Shown here: positions 48,618 through 56,914 of the stretch, piece after piece | How positions within the stretch are numbered: the first letter of the stretch is position 1 | How the letters are laid out: the number at the start of each line of letters is the position of its first letter | Origin: Aggregatilineales bacterium | GTDB lineage: Bacteria > Chloroflexota > Anaerolineae > Aggregatilineales > Phototrophicaceae | NCBI GenBank assembly: GCA_038251045.1 | Contig: JBBSBS010000001.1 | Span: 1-56,914, forward strand | Direction: 5' to 3' | Length of the DNA: 56,914 bases | Notes under the pieces: model-generated | The model's input: the letters and a program-made list of their open reading frames with translations, nothing else | Databases searched by the model: none | Told to the model about the DNA's origin: nothing | Made by a program: the position numbers and the translations under genes

Positions 48618-49919
48618 TCAGTCCCCCGCAGCCGCGCCTTGCTTGGCAGGTGCAGATGTCGTCTGGTTAGCAATGTGTTTCTTGAAATCTTCTGGGAAGT
48701 TTTTCGCTGTATGAATAATCGGGTTAGCAGCAAAATCGCCCAAAGCGCACAGGGTTGTACCCTGCATATTCTTGGCGACGTTCACAATCAGGTCAATGTC
48801 GTTGGCCTGCGCTTCATTCGCCATAATCCGGTCAACCACCTTGTCGATCCAGTACGTGCCTTCGCGGCATGGCGTACATTTACCGCAGCTCTCGTGCTTG
48901 AAGAACTTGATGACCTTCGAGGCCACCCAAGTCATATCAACCGTCTCATCCATCACGATAACCGAGGCTGAACCCAGAATTGACCCGGCCTTTGCCATAT
49001 CCTCATAAGAAAGTTTGGTATCCAATATCGGGTCATCATTGCCGTTAACGCGCATGACAGGTCCCGATCCACCCGACGGCAAAATGCCCTTGATCTGCTT
49101 GCCACCCTTGATGCCACCAGCGTGGGTGTACAGCAATTCGCGCATGGTGATGCCCATCGGCAGCTCGTAATTACCGGGCTTTTCCACATGCCCGCTAACA
49201 CAAAACACCTTGGTTCCGGCGCTTTGCTCGGTTCCGATCTTCTTATACTCTTCCGCGCCGTTCGTCATAATCCACGGCACATTCGTCAGGGTTTCGACGT
49301 TGTTGATAACCGTAGGCTCGCCGTACAGGCCGCCGCCCTTATTCGCCGGAAAAGGTGGACGCACTCGCGGTTGTCCCAGCTTGCCTTCCAAACTTTCGAG
49401 CAGCGCGCTTTCCTCACCGCAGATGTACGCACCCGCGCCAAGGTGGGTATAAACTGGGCACGACCAACCGCTGCCCATGATGTTGTCGAAGACGTAGCCG
49501 CCTTTTCGCGCTTCCTCAATATAGCCATCCAGCGCGTGGCCTTGATCCCAGAACTCGCCGCGCAAATAGATGTAAACGGCTGTCGCCTGAATCGCGTAGG
49601 CACAAATCAACGCACCTTCGATCAGTTGGTGCGGGTTCGTCTCAATGATTTCGCGATCTTTAAACGTACCGGTTTCGCTCTCGTCGCAATTCACCGTCAC
49701 GTACTTAACCGGTTCGGATTGTGGGATGAAACTCCACTTCAAACCGGTAGGGAAGCCCGCGCCGCCGCGACCACGCAGCCCCGAAGCCTTCACCAGATCA
49801 ATGACCTCGGTAGGCTTCATCGAAAGGGCTTTCTTCAAGCCTTCGTAGCCACCATTCTTGACATAAACATCCAGCTTGTCTAAATTCGGGATGTCGCGTC
49901 CGCGCAGTAAAATATTCAT
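48618..49919 (-). CDS. nuoF: NADH-quinone oxidoreductase subunit F
   Basis: GLRGRGGAGFPTGLKW, GAGAYICGEESAL and ESCGKCTPCREG...C motifs. Confidence 0.98.
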   Translation of the reverse strand: MNILLRGRDIPNLDKLDVYVKNGGYEGLKKALSMKPTEVIDLVKASGLRGRGGAGFPTGLKWSFIPQSEPVKYVTVNCDESETGTFKDREIIETNPHQLIEGALICAYAIQATAVYIYLRGEFWDQGHALDGYIEEARKGGYVFDNIMGSGWSCPVYTHLGAGAYICGEESALLESLEGKLGQPRVRPPFPANKGGGLYGEPTVINNVETLTNVPWIMTNGAEEYKKIGTEQSAGTKVFCVSGHVEKPGNYELPMGITMRELLYTHAGGIKGGKQIKGILPSGGSGPVMRVNGNDDPILDTKLSYEDMAKAGSILGSASVIVMDETVDMTWVASKVIKFFKHESCGKCTPCREGTYWIDKVVDRIMANEAQANDIDLIVNVAKNMQGTTLCALGDFAANPIIHTAKNFPEDFKKHIANQTTSAPAKQGAAAGD

Positions 49920-49949
49920 TGTCGTCTCCCGACGCTTACATTAATACTA

Positions 49950-50429
49950 TTACTTGGATTCTGCTCGCCACTCATCAAGCTGCGCCCGCATTTTGTCCAT
50001 GTCCAACTTCTCGACAAAATGGAAGTTGCATTGCAGCATCGGTGCTTTGTCGCAGGCCGCAAGGCACATCACATGCTCAACCGTGAACAGGCCATCTTCG
50101 GTCGTCCCGCCGTCATCAACTTTCAACTCGGTTTTCAAGTCCTCATAGAACTTGTCTGCACCGCACAGCGCACATGCCAGATCAGTGCATACCTGTAACC
50201 AGTATTTACCTTTGGGGCTTTCAGAATACATGGTATAGAAACCCGCGATAGACTTCACCTGTGTCGGATCCATCTCACAAATTTCAGCCACTTCCTGAAT
50301 ACCTTCCGGGCTGACCCAACCGTATTCTTCCTGTGCCAGATGCAGCATCGGCATCACTGCCGACCGCTTGTCAGGATATTTGGTAAACGTCTTTTCTATC
50401 TGCGCCGAGTACTTCTCTGTTAAAGCCAT
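49950..50429 (-). CDS. nuoE: NADH-quinone oxidoreductase subunit E
   Basis: FYTMY and CTDLAC...CLAAC..AP (2Fe-2S) motifs. Confidence 0.97.
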   Translation of the reverse strand: MALTEKYSAQIEKTFTKYPDKRSAVMPMLHLAQEEYGWVSPEGIQEVAEICEMDPTQVKSIAGFYTMYSESPKGKYWLQVCTDLACALCGADKFYEDLKTELKVDDGGTTEDGLFTVEHVMCLAACDKAPMLQCNFHFVEKLDMDKMRAQLDEWRAESK

Positions 50430-50454
50430 AATCTGTCCTAAAATGGTTATGGTA

Positions 50455-50482
50455 TAGGGGCTGCCAGCGGCAAACCCCTACA
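50455..50482. repeat. REP-like palindrome, TTTGCCGCTGGCA-core family
   Basis: TAGGGGCTGCCAGCGGCAAACCCCTACA; related copies at 52411 and 56294. Confidence 0.65.
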
Positions 50483-50514
50483 TAAAACGCATCATTTACT
50501 ATCGGTGTTTGATC

Positions 50515-51780
50515 TTAACGGTCACAATCGCCCAGCACCACATCCACACTGCCTACAATCGCCACCAGATCAGCAATCATATGACCGTGAGTCATGATCG
50601 GCAGTGCCCCGATGTGAATGAACGACGGGGTCTTAAAGTGTACCCGTCGCGGCTTGTTCCCGCCCGTACCATGAATATAGCAGCCGATTTCCCCACGTGG
50701 GCTTTCAATCGCGCTAAAAACCTCTTGGTCAGGTGCGGCGAACCCTTCCGTCCACAACTTAAAGTGGTGGATGACGGCTTCCATGCTCTGCCCCAGTTCG
50801 GCACGCGGTGGCGGCACAAACTTGCGATCTTGTGACCGGAACGCGCCTTTCGCTGGCAGCTTCTTAATCGCCTGCTTCAGAATCTTCACACTTTCGCGCA
50901 TCTCAAGAATACGCACATAGAAGCGGTCGTACACATCGCCGTGTTCGCCGATTGGAATGTTAAACTCAAATTCGTCATAGCTGCTGTAGGGCATCGACTT
51001 GCGAATGTCCCACGCCACACCACTGCCGCGTAGGCTCGGGCCGGTAATGCCCCACGCCAGCGCCTTTTCCGGCTCAATTACACCGATTCCCTGTGTGCGG
51101 TCAATCCATAACGGGTTTTTCGTCAGCAGCTTCTCGTAATCATCAATCCGTGCTGGAAAGATTTCGAGGAAGGCTTCCAACTGCGGCAAGAAATCCGCGG
51201 GGAAGTCACGCCACAATCCACCCGGACGAATGTAACTGCCCATCAAACGTTGACCCGAAAGCGTCTCGAACATCTTTAGGATGATTTCGCGCTCACGGAA
51301 CGCATACAGGAACACACTCATCGCGCCCATATCAATCGCGTGCGTACCCAACCACACCAGATGGCTGTTCAAGCGTGTCAGTTCCATACAAATCACACGC
51401 ATAATCTGCGCACGTTTTGGCACATCCAACCCGACCAACTTTTCCACCGCCATGCAATACGCCATGTTGTTCGACATCGGCGCAAGATAATCCATGCGGT
51501 CGGTCAGTGTGACGGCTTTTTCGTATGTCTTGGACTCGATATTTTTTTCGATACCTGTGTGCAAAAAGCCCACATCAGGCAGGCAAGTCACCACTTCCTC
51601 GCCATCCAGTTCCAGCAGCAGCCGCAGCACACCATGCGTGCTGGGATGATGCGGCCCCATGTTCAGCAGCATCGTCTCGCCTGTCATGGCACGCTCGGAA
51701 ACCAACCCCTTTAATTCATCAAGAGCGCCCTGCCACTCATTGATTTCGCCAACGTTATCGCCAGCCGTTTCTATTGCCAT
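50515..51780 (-). CDS. nuoD: NADH-quinone oxidoreductase subunit D
   Basis: NMGPHHPSTHGVLRL, DRMDY, ESPRGE and D.VLGD.DR motifs. Confidence 0.98.
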   Translation of the reverse strand: MAIETAGDNVGEINEWQGALDELKGLVSERAMTGETMLLNMGPHHPSTHGVLRLLLELDGEEVVTCLPDVGFLHTGIEKNIESKTYEKAVTLTDRMDYLAPMSNNMAYCMAVEKLVGLDVPKRAQIMRVICMELTRLNSHLVWLGTHAIDMGAMSVFLYAFREREIILKMFETLSGQRLMGSYIRPGGLWRDFPADFLPQLEAFLEIFPARIDDYEKLLTKNPLWIDRTQGIGVIEPEKALAWGITGPSLRGSGVAWDIRKSMPYSSYDEFEFNIPIGEHGDVYDRFYVRILEMRESVKILKQAIKKLPAKGAFRSQDRKFVPPPRAELGQSMEAVIHHFKLWTEGFAAPDQEVFSAIESPRGEIGCYIHGTGGNKPRRVHFKTPSFIHIGALPIMTHGHMIADLVAIVGSVDVVLGDCDR

Positions 51781-51846
51781 TGTATTTACCCCGCCATCTC
51801 GACGTTTTGGCTTAATACCGAACTGTCTTTGCCTGTCACTTGCGAC

Positions 51847-52383
51847 TTACTCGCGTGACTTCGGCTTATGTTTCATAATTTCTTCTACATTGAAAGAGAA
51901 CATCGGTGTCTCGTAACCCAATGGATAATCCCGACGGTGCGGGTGACCATTCCAATCTTCAGGCATCAAAATACGCCGTTTGTCCGGGTGTCCATTGAAA
52001 TCGATACCCATCATATCCATCACTTCGCGCTCCGGCCAATTCGCACCGGGCCACACAGTCGTTAGGGTCTCCACCGTTGGGTTTTCTTCCGGCAGATAAA
52101 CCTTCAGCCGCAGCCGCCGTTTGTACAGCATCGACAGCAAATGATAGCTTACGCCAAACCGCTCCGGTCGATTGTAATCCGGATAATAATCAACCGCGCT
52201 AATGTCTGAAAGGAAGTTATAGACTAACCCTGCCGTATCGCGCACATACCGTGCCACGGCTGGCAGATAATCCGGATTCAAGACCAGTGTCGTATCGCCT
52301 GCATACTCCACCACATCTTCGACCGCCTGTGGATACGCCTTTTTCACAGCCTCTACCGGGTCAATTGCTGCTGCTACGCTCAT
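51847..52383 (-). CDS. nuoC: NADH-quinone oxidoreductase subunit C
   Basis: SAVDY, RF.V.YHL.S, ANWPERE..DM.G..F.GHP..RRIL and GHP.RRDYP motifs. Confidence 0.97.
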   Translation of the reverse strand: MSVAAAIDPVEAVKKAYPQAVEDVVEYAGDTTLVLNPDYLPAVARYVRDTAGLVYNFLSDISAVDYYPDYNRPERFGVSYHLLSMLYKRRLRLKVYLPEENPTVETLTTVWPGANWPEREVMDMMGIDFNGHPDKRRILMPEDWNGHPHRRDYPLGYETPMFSFNVEEIMKHKPKSRE

Positions 52384-52410
52384 AAATCGTCCTTGGAATA
52401 AATCGTGCTG

Positions 52411-52438
52411 AAGGGCTTACCACTGGCAAACCCTTACA
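52411..52438. repeat. REP-like palindrome, same family as 50455
   Basis: AAGGGCTTACCACTGGCAAACCCTTACA. Confidence 0.65.
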
Positions 52439-52487
52439 TCGCTAAATTTTCTCGCTGTCGATGCCTGTTTAATCCCACAAGTCGAGA

Positions 52488-53006
52488 TTAGACGGTAATT
52501 CTTTCCGCAGCACGGGCTTCATCATCAGCCCAATAACGGATGCTCTCGCCCTTGATCTTTTCGTGTAGGGTCAGGATACCGTGCAGCAGTTGTTCCGGAC
52601 GCGGCGGGCAGCCCGCCACATATACATCAACCGGAATAATCTCGTCGCAGCCCTGTACCACCGCATAGTTGTTGTACACACCACCGCACGAGGCGCAGTC
52701 ACCCATCGAGATAACCCACTTCGGTGCCGACATTTGATCGTACAACTGGCGAACCACCGGAGCCATCTTGCGTGTCAACCGTCCCGAAACAATCAGCAAA
52801 TCGGCCTGTCGCGGGCTAGCACGGTTCAATTCCATCCCGAAGCGGGACAAGTCATAAGACGAACCCTGTGTACCCATATATTCAATCGCGCAGCAGGCCA
52901 ACCCGAACAGCAGCGGCCACATAGCGCCTGTACGTCCCCAGTTAACGGCTGCATCCAGTGTGGTTGTCACCACGCCCAGATTGCCGAGTTTTGAGCTTAC
53001 TCCCAT
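52488..53006 (-). CDS. nuoB: NADH-quinone oxidoreductase subunit B
   Basis: [19 protein letters not shown] and GCPPRPE motifs. Confidence 0.98.
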   Translation of the reverse strand: MGVSSKLGNLGVVTTTLDAAVNWGRTGAMWPLLFGLACCAIEYMGTQGSSYDLSRFGMELNRASPRQADLLIVSGRLTRKMAPVVRQLYDQMSAPKWVISMGDCASCGGVYNNYAVVQGCDEIIPVDVYVAGCPPRPEQLLHGILTLHEKIKGESIRYWADDEARAAERITV

Positions 53007-53356
53007 TCCATTGCGCCTTTCTTCCACTCGTAAATGAACCCAATCGTCAAGATGAATAAAAATACGCCCATAACGATTAAGCCGTAAATCCCTAGGTCGC
53101 GCACTTGCACTGCCCAGGGTAGGAAGAACACGACTTCCACATCAAAAATGATGAACAGCAGCCCCACCAGATAAAACTTGATGGGCAGACGACGGTTCGC
53201 CGGGCCAATCGGCTTCATACCGCTTTCATACGGCGCAGCCTTACGTGAATTTGGGCGGTGCGGCCCAAATATCCACGAAATAACCACCACTATAAATGCA
53301 ACAAGTGCAGCCAGTGCGAAGAGTGCGCCTATCGGGGCAAATTCATTAAGTGCCAT
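52997..53356 (-). CDS. nuoA: NADH-quinone oxidoreductase subunit A
   Basis: [19 protein letters not shown] and YEWKKGA.EW motifs. Confidence 0.97.
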   Translation of the reverse strand: MALNEFAPIGALFALAALVAFIVVVISWIFGPHRPNSRKAAPYESGMKPIGPANRRLPIKFYLVGLLFIIFDVEVVFFLPWAVQVRDLGIYGLIVMGVFLFILTIGFIYEWKKGAMEWE

Positions 53357-53408
53357 AGTTTGCTTCCCTGCGGGACTTTGTGCTATTTTGAACAAATAAG
53401 TCTAACGT

Positions 53409-53437
53409 AGATTAACATAATCCACTAGTGCTGTCAA
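53409..53437 (-). promoter_or_regulatory. Sigma70 promoter of the nuo operon
   Basis: Minus strand TTGACA-N17-TAATCT with an extended -10 TG. Confidence 0.65.
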
Positions 53438-53616
53438 ACCAATTTTACCGCGTAATGACCATCTCAGCCAAGCCTTGTTAATATCCATTTCCAATGTAAA
53501 ATCCCGCCCTGTCACCAACCCGTTTCTGTACTAAAATGGCTATTCGAAAGATGCAGCATTTATTTACAGAAATCAAAGTAGACTACAATAGCAGATTGTC
53601 GCAATTGGATAGCACA

Positions 53617-53651
53617 CTGCTAACCGCCAAATCCTAAAGGCTAACCGCTAA
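53617..53651 (+). repeat. Heptamer tandem repeat (STRR-like)
   Basis: CTGCTAA CCGCCAA ATCCTAA AGGCTAA CCGCTAA. Confidence 0.5.
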
Positions 53652-53654
53652 AAT

Positions 53655-54038
53655 ATGATCCGTTTCTTATTATCGCTAGTGATTGCCCTCCTAATTGGTG
53701 CTGCCGTCGGCCTGTATCTTGGCTGGGTACAATTTCCCGTACAGTACCTGAACAGTCCTGCGGCCAGTCTTGCAGATCGCTACAAAGATGAATATACCGT
53801 CATGGTGGCTACTGGCTACCTGAAAGACGGCGATCTGGGCGGCGCGGTCGAACGCCTTCGGATGCTCGGTCAAGCCAACATCCCGGCCTATGTCCAGAGT
53901 GTTACCGAACGTTACATCAGCAATTCGCAGGATGCCAACGACATCAGCTATCTCGTTGCCTTAGCGGAAGGTCTTGGTCGCCTAACACCGATCATGCAGC
54001 CCTACTCCCAATTGCATGCACCGGGGCCGCAGCAATGA
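53655..54038 (+). CDS. Membrane-anchored hypothetical protein
   Basis: N-terminal TM ending GLYLGW; Y..MVA..Y..DGDL..A..RL motif. Confidence 0.8.
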   Translation: MIRFLLSLVIALLIGAAVGLYLGWVQFPVQYLNSPAASLADRYKDEYTVMVATGYLKDGDLGGAVERLRMLGQANIPAYVQSVTERYISNSQDANDISYLVALAEGLGRLTPIMQPYSQLHAPGPQQ

Positions 54039-54955
54039 GCCGCTACGAAAACAGTGGCAACTATGCCCCCGATGCCCGCAGCAAATATCGCCGCCCGCGC
54101 TATCCCTTTTCATCGTGGGGACTCATCATCGGTTTGATTATTGGTATTGCCGGTGGCATCTATTATGCGTGGAATGTTGACCAACGCATTGAGTTTAATA
54201 CCGAGCCTTGGCAATTGAACGAAGCCGACCGCGCCAATTACATTGCCGGTATTACCCTGCAATATGGTTATGACAGCGACTTATCCAAAGCGGTCAACCG
54301 TCTGCTCTTGCTCAAACTTTCCGGTGATCCCATTCAGGCTGTTGCCGATATGGCCTGTAAACTCGCCAGCAGCAGCTATGTAGATAACAGCAGCGGGCAG
54401 CGCGCCGTCCGCAGTATGATGACCTTCTACCAGTTGCAGGGGCGCAGCGGTTGTGCCGACAATCTACTAGCTTCCACCGAACTATCCACACCGGGCATAG
54501 TGATCGAAGCTGCCACACCTACCTTACGTCCGCCCGCAACCAAAACACCGACACCACTGGCTGCGGTACAGGCTACGCCGACTCAGATCACGAACATCGT
54601 CATCCCTAGCATCCAGCCGCAGGCTGATTTCACCTTAGTCGATGTTCGCACCTTCTGTAGTGCCGATCTATCCGGCATCATCGAAGTCCGTGTGCAGGAG
54701 TATAACGGCGATGGCATGCCGGGCACTTCGGTTACCGTAAAGTGGGATAACGGTGCAAGTACATTCCTGACCGGCCTTAAACCCGAACGCGGGTCGGATT
54801 ATGCCGACTTCCAGATGGATGCCGGAAAATCATACACCGTACAGGTTGCCGGACGTTCTGATCCGTCACAAGCACTGGTTGCGGGGCCGTGTAATGATGC
54901 CAACAGTGGTCAAGCTGCCATCATTTCTTATCGTGCCACTTTCCGCCCGCAATAA
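54035..54955 (+). CDS. Membrane-anchored hypothetical protein, paralog of its neighbour with a Pro/Thr linker and Ig-like C-domain
   Basis: GIYYAW...YI..I...Y..D.DL..A..RL; TPTLRPPATKTPTP linker; F.TGLKPE. Confidence 0.8.
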   Translation: MSRYENSGNYAPDARSKYRRPRYPFSSWGLIIGLIIGIAGGIYYAWNVDQRIEFNTEPWQLNEADRANYIAGITLQYGYDSDLSKAVNRLLLLKLSGDPIQAVADMACKLASSSYVDNSSGQRAVRSMMTFYQLQGRSGCADNLLASTELSTPGIVIEAATPTLRPPATKTPTPLAAVQATPTQITNIVIPSIQPQADFTLVDVRTFCSADLSGIIEVRVQEYNGDGMPGTSVTVKWDNGASTFLTGLKPERGSDYADFQMDAGKSYTVQVAGRSDPSQALVAGPCNDANSGQAAIISYRATFRPQ

Positions 54956-55025
54956 CATGAAATAGGTCATCGGGCAGCAGGATTGTCAATATTCCTGTTA
55001 GCCCACTTTTCAAAGGAGCGCCATT

Positions 55026-56282
55026 ATGCCTACCGTCGAAGAACGGGTTCTTGCCGCCATCAATCTTGACGAGATGCTGGCCTTCCTTGGGCAGATGGTC
55101 GCCTTTCCCAGCCTCGGTGGTAACGAATCACCCATTCAGCGTTTCCTCGCCCAATACATGCAGAGCCTCGGCATGGAAGTTGATGTGTGGGATTTGGATT
55201 TCGAAGCCCTACGCCAGCACCCCGCCTTTAGCACCGAAATTGACCGCCCCGAAGGCTTGGGCGTGGTTGGCACGATGGGTCAAGGCGACGGCAAGTCGCT
55301 CATCTTCAATGGTCATATTGATGTGGTTCCGGCAGGCGACACCGCCAATTGGCATTACCAGCCCTTTCAAGCCACTGTAGCCGATGGCAATGTTTATGGA
55401 CGCGGGGCGCTTGATATGAAAGGCGGCCTATGCTGCGCCATCTTCGCTGCCAAAGCTATCCGTGATGCAGGTGTCACCCTCAAAGGCAAGCTGATGATCG
55501 AAAGTGTCATCGGGGAAGAAGATGGAGGGGTGGGCGCGTTAGCAGCCGTCGTACGCGGCTATAAAGCCGATGCCGCTGTCATTATGGAGCCGACTGAACT
55601 CATGATCGCTCCGGCGCAGGCCGGAGCGCTGAACTTCCGCATCACGGTTCCCGGCCTGGCTGCTCACGGCGCTGTCCGCTCAGAGGGTGTGAACCCCATC
55701 GACAAGTTTATTCCCATCTATCAAGCACTCATGTACTTTGAAAGTGTCCGTAACCAGCAGTCAGATAATCCCCTGTTCGCCGCCTATCCGATTCCTTACC
55801 CCATCTGCATCGGCACACTTCAAGCCGGTAATTGGGCATCCACAGTCGCCGAAAGTCTAACTTTTGAAGGTCGCTTCGGCATCGCTGTCGGTGAGGACAT
55901 TCCAACTGCACGTCAATCTTTTGAAGCCGTAATCACCACAGTCGCCCAGTCCGATGAGTGGCTGAGTCATCATCCGCCAGTCGTCGAATGGTGGGGCGGT
56001 CAATTCGAGTCCGCCAGCATCCCTGCCGATCATCCCATTGTCACCACAGTTGGCGCGGCCTTCACTGATATTACAGGCGGCACACCCATCTATCGGGGTA
56101 TGCCCTATGGCGCGGATATGCGTCTGCTCGTCAACAACGGCAATACCCCCACCCTGATGTTCGGCCCCGGTAACGTTCGCAAAGCCCACCAACCGGACGA
56201 ATATGTCCCTGTCGAAGACCTCGTCACCGTCGTCCGCACCCTCGCCCTTACTGCACTCCGCTTCTGTGGCTACGAGGAATAA
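55026..56282 (+). CDS. M20 family ArgE/DapE-like deacylase/peptidase
   Basis: FNGHIDVVP, GRGALDMKGG, GEEDGG, MEPT, GADMR, FGPG and AH.PDE motifs. Confidence 0.93.
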   Translation: MPTVEERVLAAINLDEMLAFLGQMVAFPSLGGNESPIQRFLAQYMQSLGMEVDVWDLDFEALRQHPAFSTEIDRPEGLGVVGTMGQGDGKSLIFNGHIDVVPAGDTANWHYQPFQATVADGNVYGRGALDMKGGLCCAIFAAKAIRDAGVTLKGKLMIESVIGEEDGGVGALAAVVRGYKADAAVIMEPTELMIAPAQAGALNFRITVPGLAAHGAVRSEGVNPIDKFIPIYQALMYFESVRNQQSDNPLFAAYPIPYPICIGTLQAGNWASTVAESLTFEGRFGIAVGEDIPTARQSFEAVITTVAQSDEWLSHHPPVVEWWGGQFESASIPADHPIVTTVGAAFTDITGGTPIYRGMPYGADMRLLVNNGNTPTLMFGPGNVRKAHQPDEYVPVEDLVTVVRTLALTALRFCGYEE

Positions 56283-56293
56283 TCGCTTTATCG

Positions 56294-56322
56294 GTTGGAA
56301 TTTACCGCTGGCATATTCCAAC
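56294..56322. repeat. REP-like palindrome, same core family
   Basis: GTTGGAATTTACCGCTGGCATATTCCAAC. Confidence 0.55.
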
Positions 56323-56380
56323 TAGAAAACTTTATGATAAACTTTTCGGATTGATTGTGTTCTAAAAGTGGCTGGCTATT

Positions 56381-56602
56381 ATGATTGACTATACAGAGAT
56401 CATCACACTTGAGCCCGATAAACGTAGTGGGAAACCTTGTATTCGTGGACTGCGAATTACTGTCTATGATGTACTGTCTTATTTAGCCGCTGGTATGACC
56501 CACGAAGAAATCTTGAGTGATTTCCCCTCACTAACCAATGACGACATATTGGCCTGTCTGAGTTATGTGGCTGATCGTGAACGTTACTTGCAAATTCCGT
56601 AG
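56381..56602 (+). CDS. DUF433 family putative antitoxin
   Basis: GKPCIRGLRITVYDVL..LA.GM...EIL.DFP.L...DI.ACL motif. Confidence 0.93.
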   Translation: MIDYTEIITLEPDKRSGKPCIRGLRITVYDVLSYLAAGMTHEEILSDFPSLTNDDILACLSYVADRERYLQIP

Positions 56603-56625
56603 GGATTTGCTAATAGTAAACTGCT

Positions 56626-56914
56626 TTATAGACCCAGATACACCTCACTGACATCAAGTCCAACTAAAACATCCTCATTAAAAGAAAAATTTAACACCCA
56701 ATACCACCAATTAAATTGTGCTTTTAGTGCATAACAGGTAATTGTTTTAGCACTTTGTTGAATTTTACAGTCGAGTTGACCAAAACTTTGATTATCAATA
56801 ATAGCCTTTACATCGCGCAATGACGATTTATTAATGTTCAGCGATTTCAGTACATGCGCCTTTACCCCATCGCTCGTCCCAAAGTTAATGAAATACGGCT
56901 GACTGCCTAGCAAC
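56626..56914 (-). CDS. Hypothetical protein, 3' part (5' end outside the window)
   Basis: Open frame up to the window edge; AT-rich. Confidence 0.5.
   Translation of the reverse strand, partial: LLGSQPYFINFGTSDGVKAHVLKSLNINKSSLRDVKAIIDNQSFGQLDCKIQQSAKTITCYALKAQFNWWYWVLNFSFNEDVLVGLDVSEVYLGL

Overview
Bacterial chromosomal window, most likely Chloroflexota/Anaerolineae. This taxonomy is inferred from gene families, TAEAT/TPEVT linkers and complex I type. The left half is mostly + strand: 5' end of glyQ, DUF1684, dusB, a cytochrome c lipoprotein, an M42 peptidase, a cytochrome P460/c'-beta family protein, a YjhP-like methyltransferase, a TIR-TM protein, YceI, ScyD/E, a NAL1-like protease plus a free copy of its N-domain, an ABC exporter, a Pth-DUF2087 fusion, LysE, a PQQ-type dehydrogenase-cytochrome c, GNAT and mfd. 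The centre is AT-rich: YbaK, a macrodomain, marR with a duplicated 42-bp copy of its Cys helix, FHA and a 680-bp regulatory spacer. The right half holds a full nuoA-N operon on the - strand, then an M20 peptidase and an orphan DUF433. The strongest candidate for a new system is the remodelled complex I. NuoL has a ~30-aa duplication in its transverse helix, a hallmark of four-pump 2M complexes, yet the operon has only one nuoM. NuoJ carries an extracytoplasmic DUF4397-like domain, NuoH has extra N- and C-terminal helices, NuoL has His/Glu-rich loops, NuoG has lost the N7 ligands, and two accessory genes plus a DinB remnant sit inside the operon. Spot checks of GC skew and convergent gene orientation suggest the replication terminus region. 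No rRNA, tRNA, CRISPR array or transposase was seen. All family calls are by eye from motifs; no searches were run.
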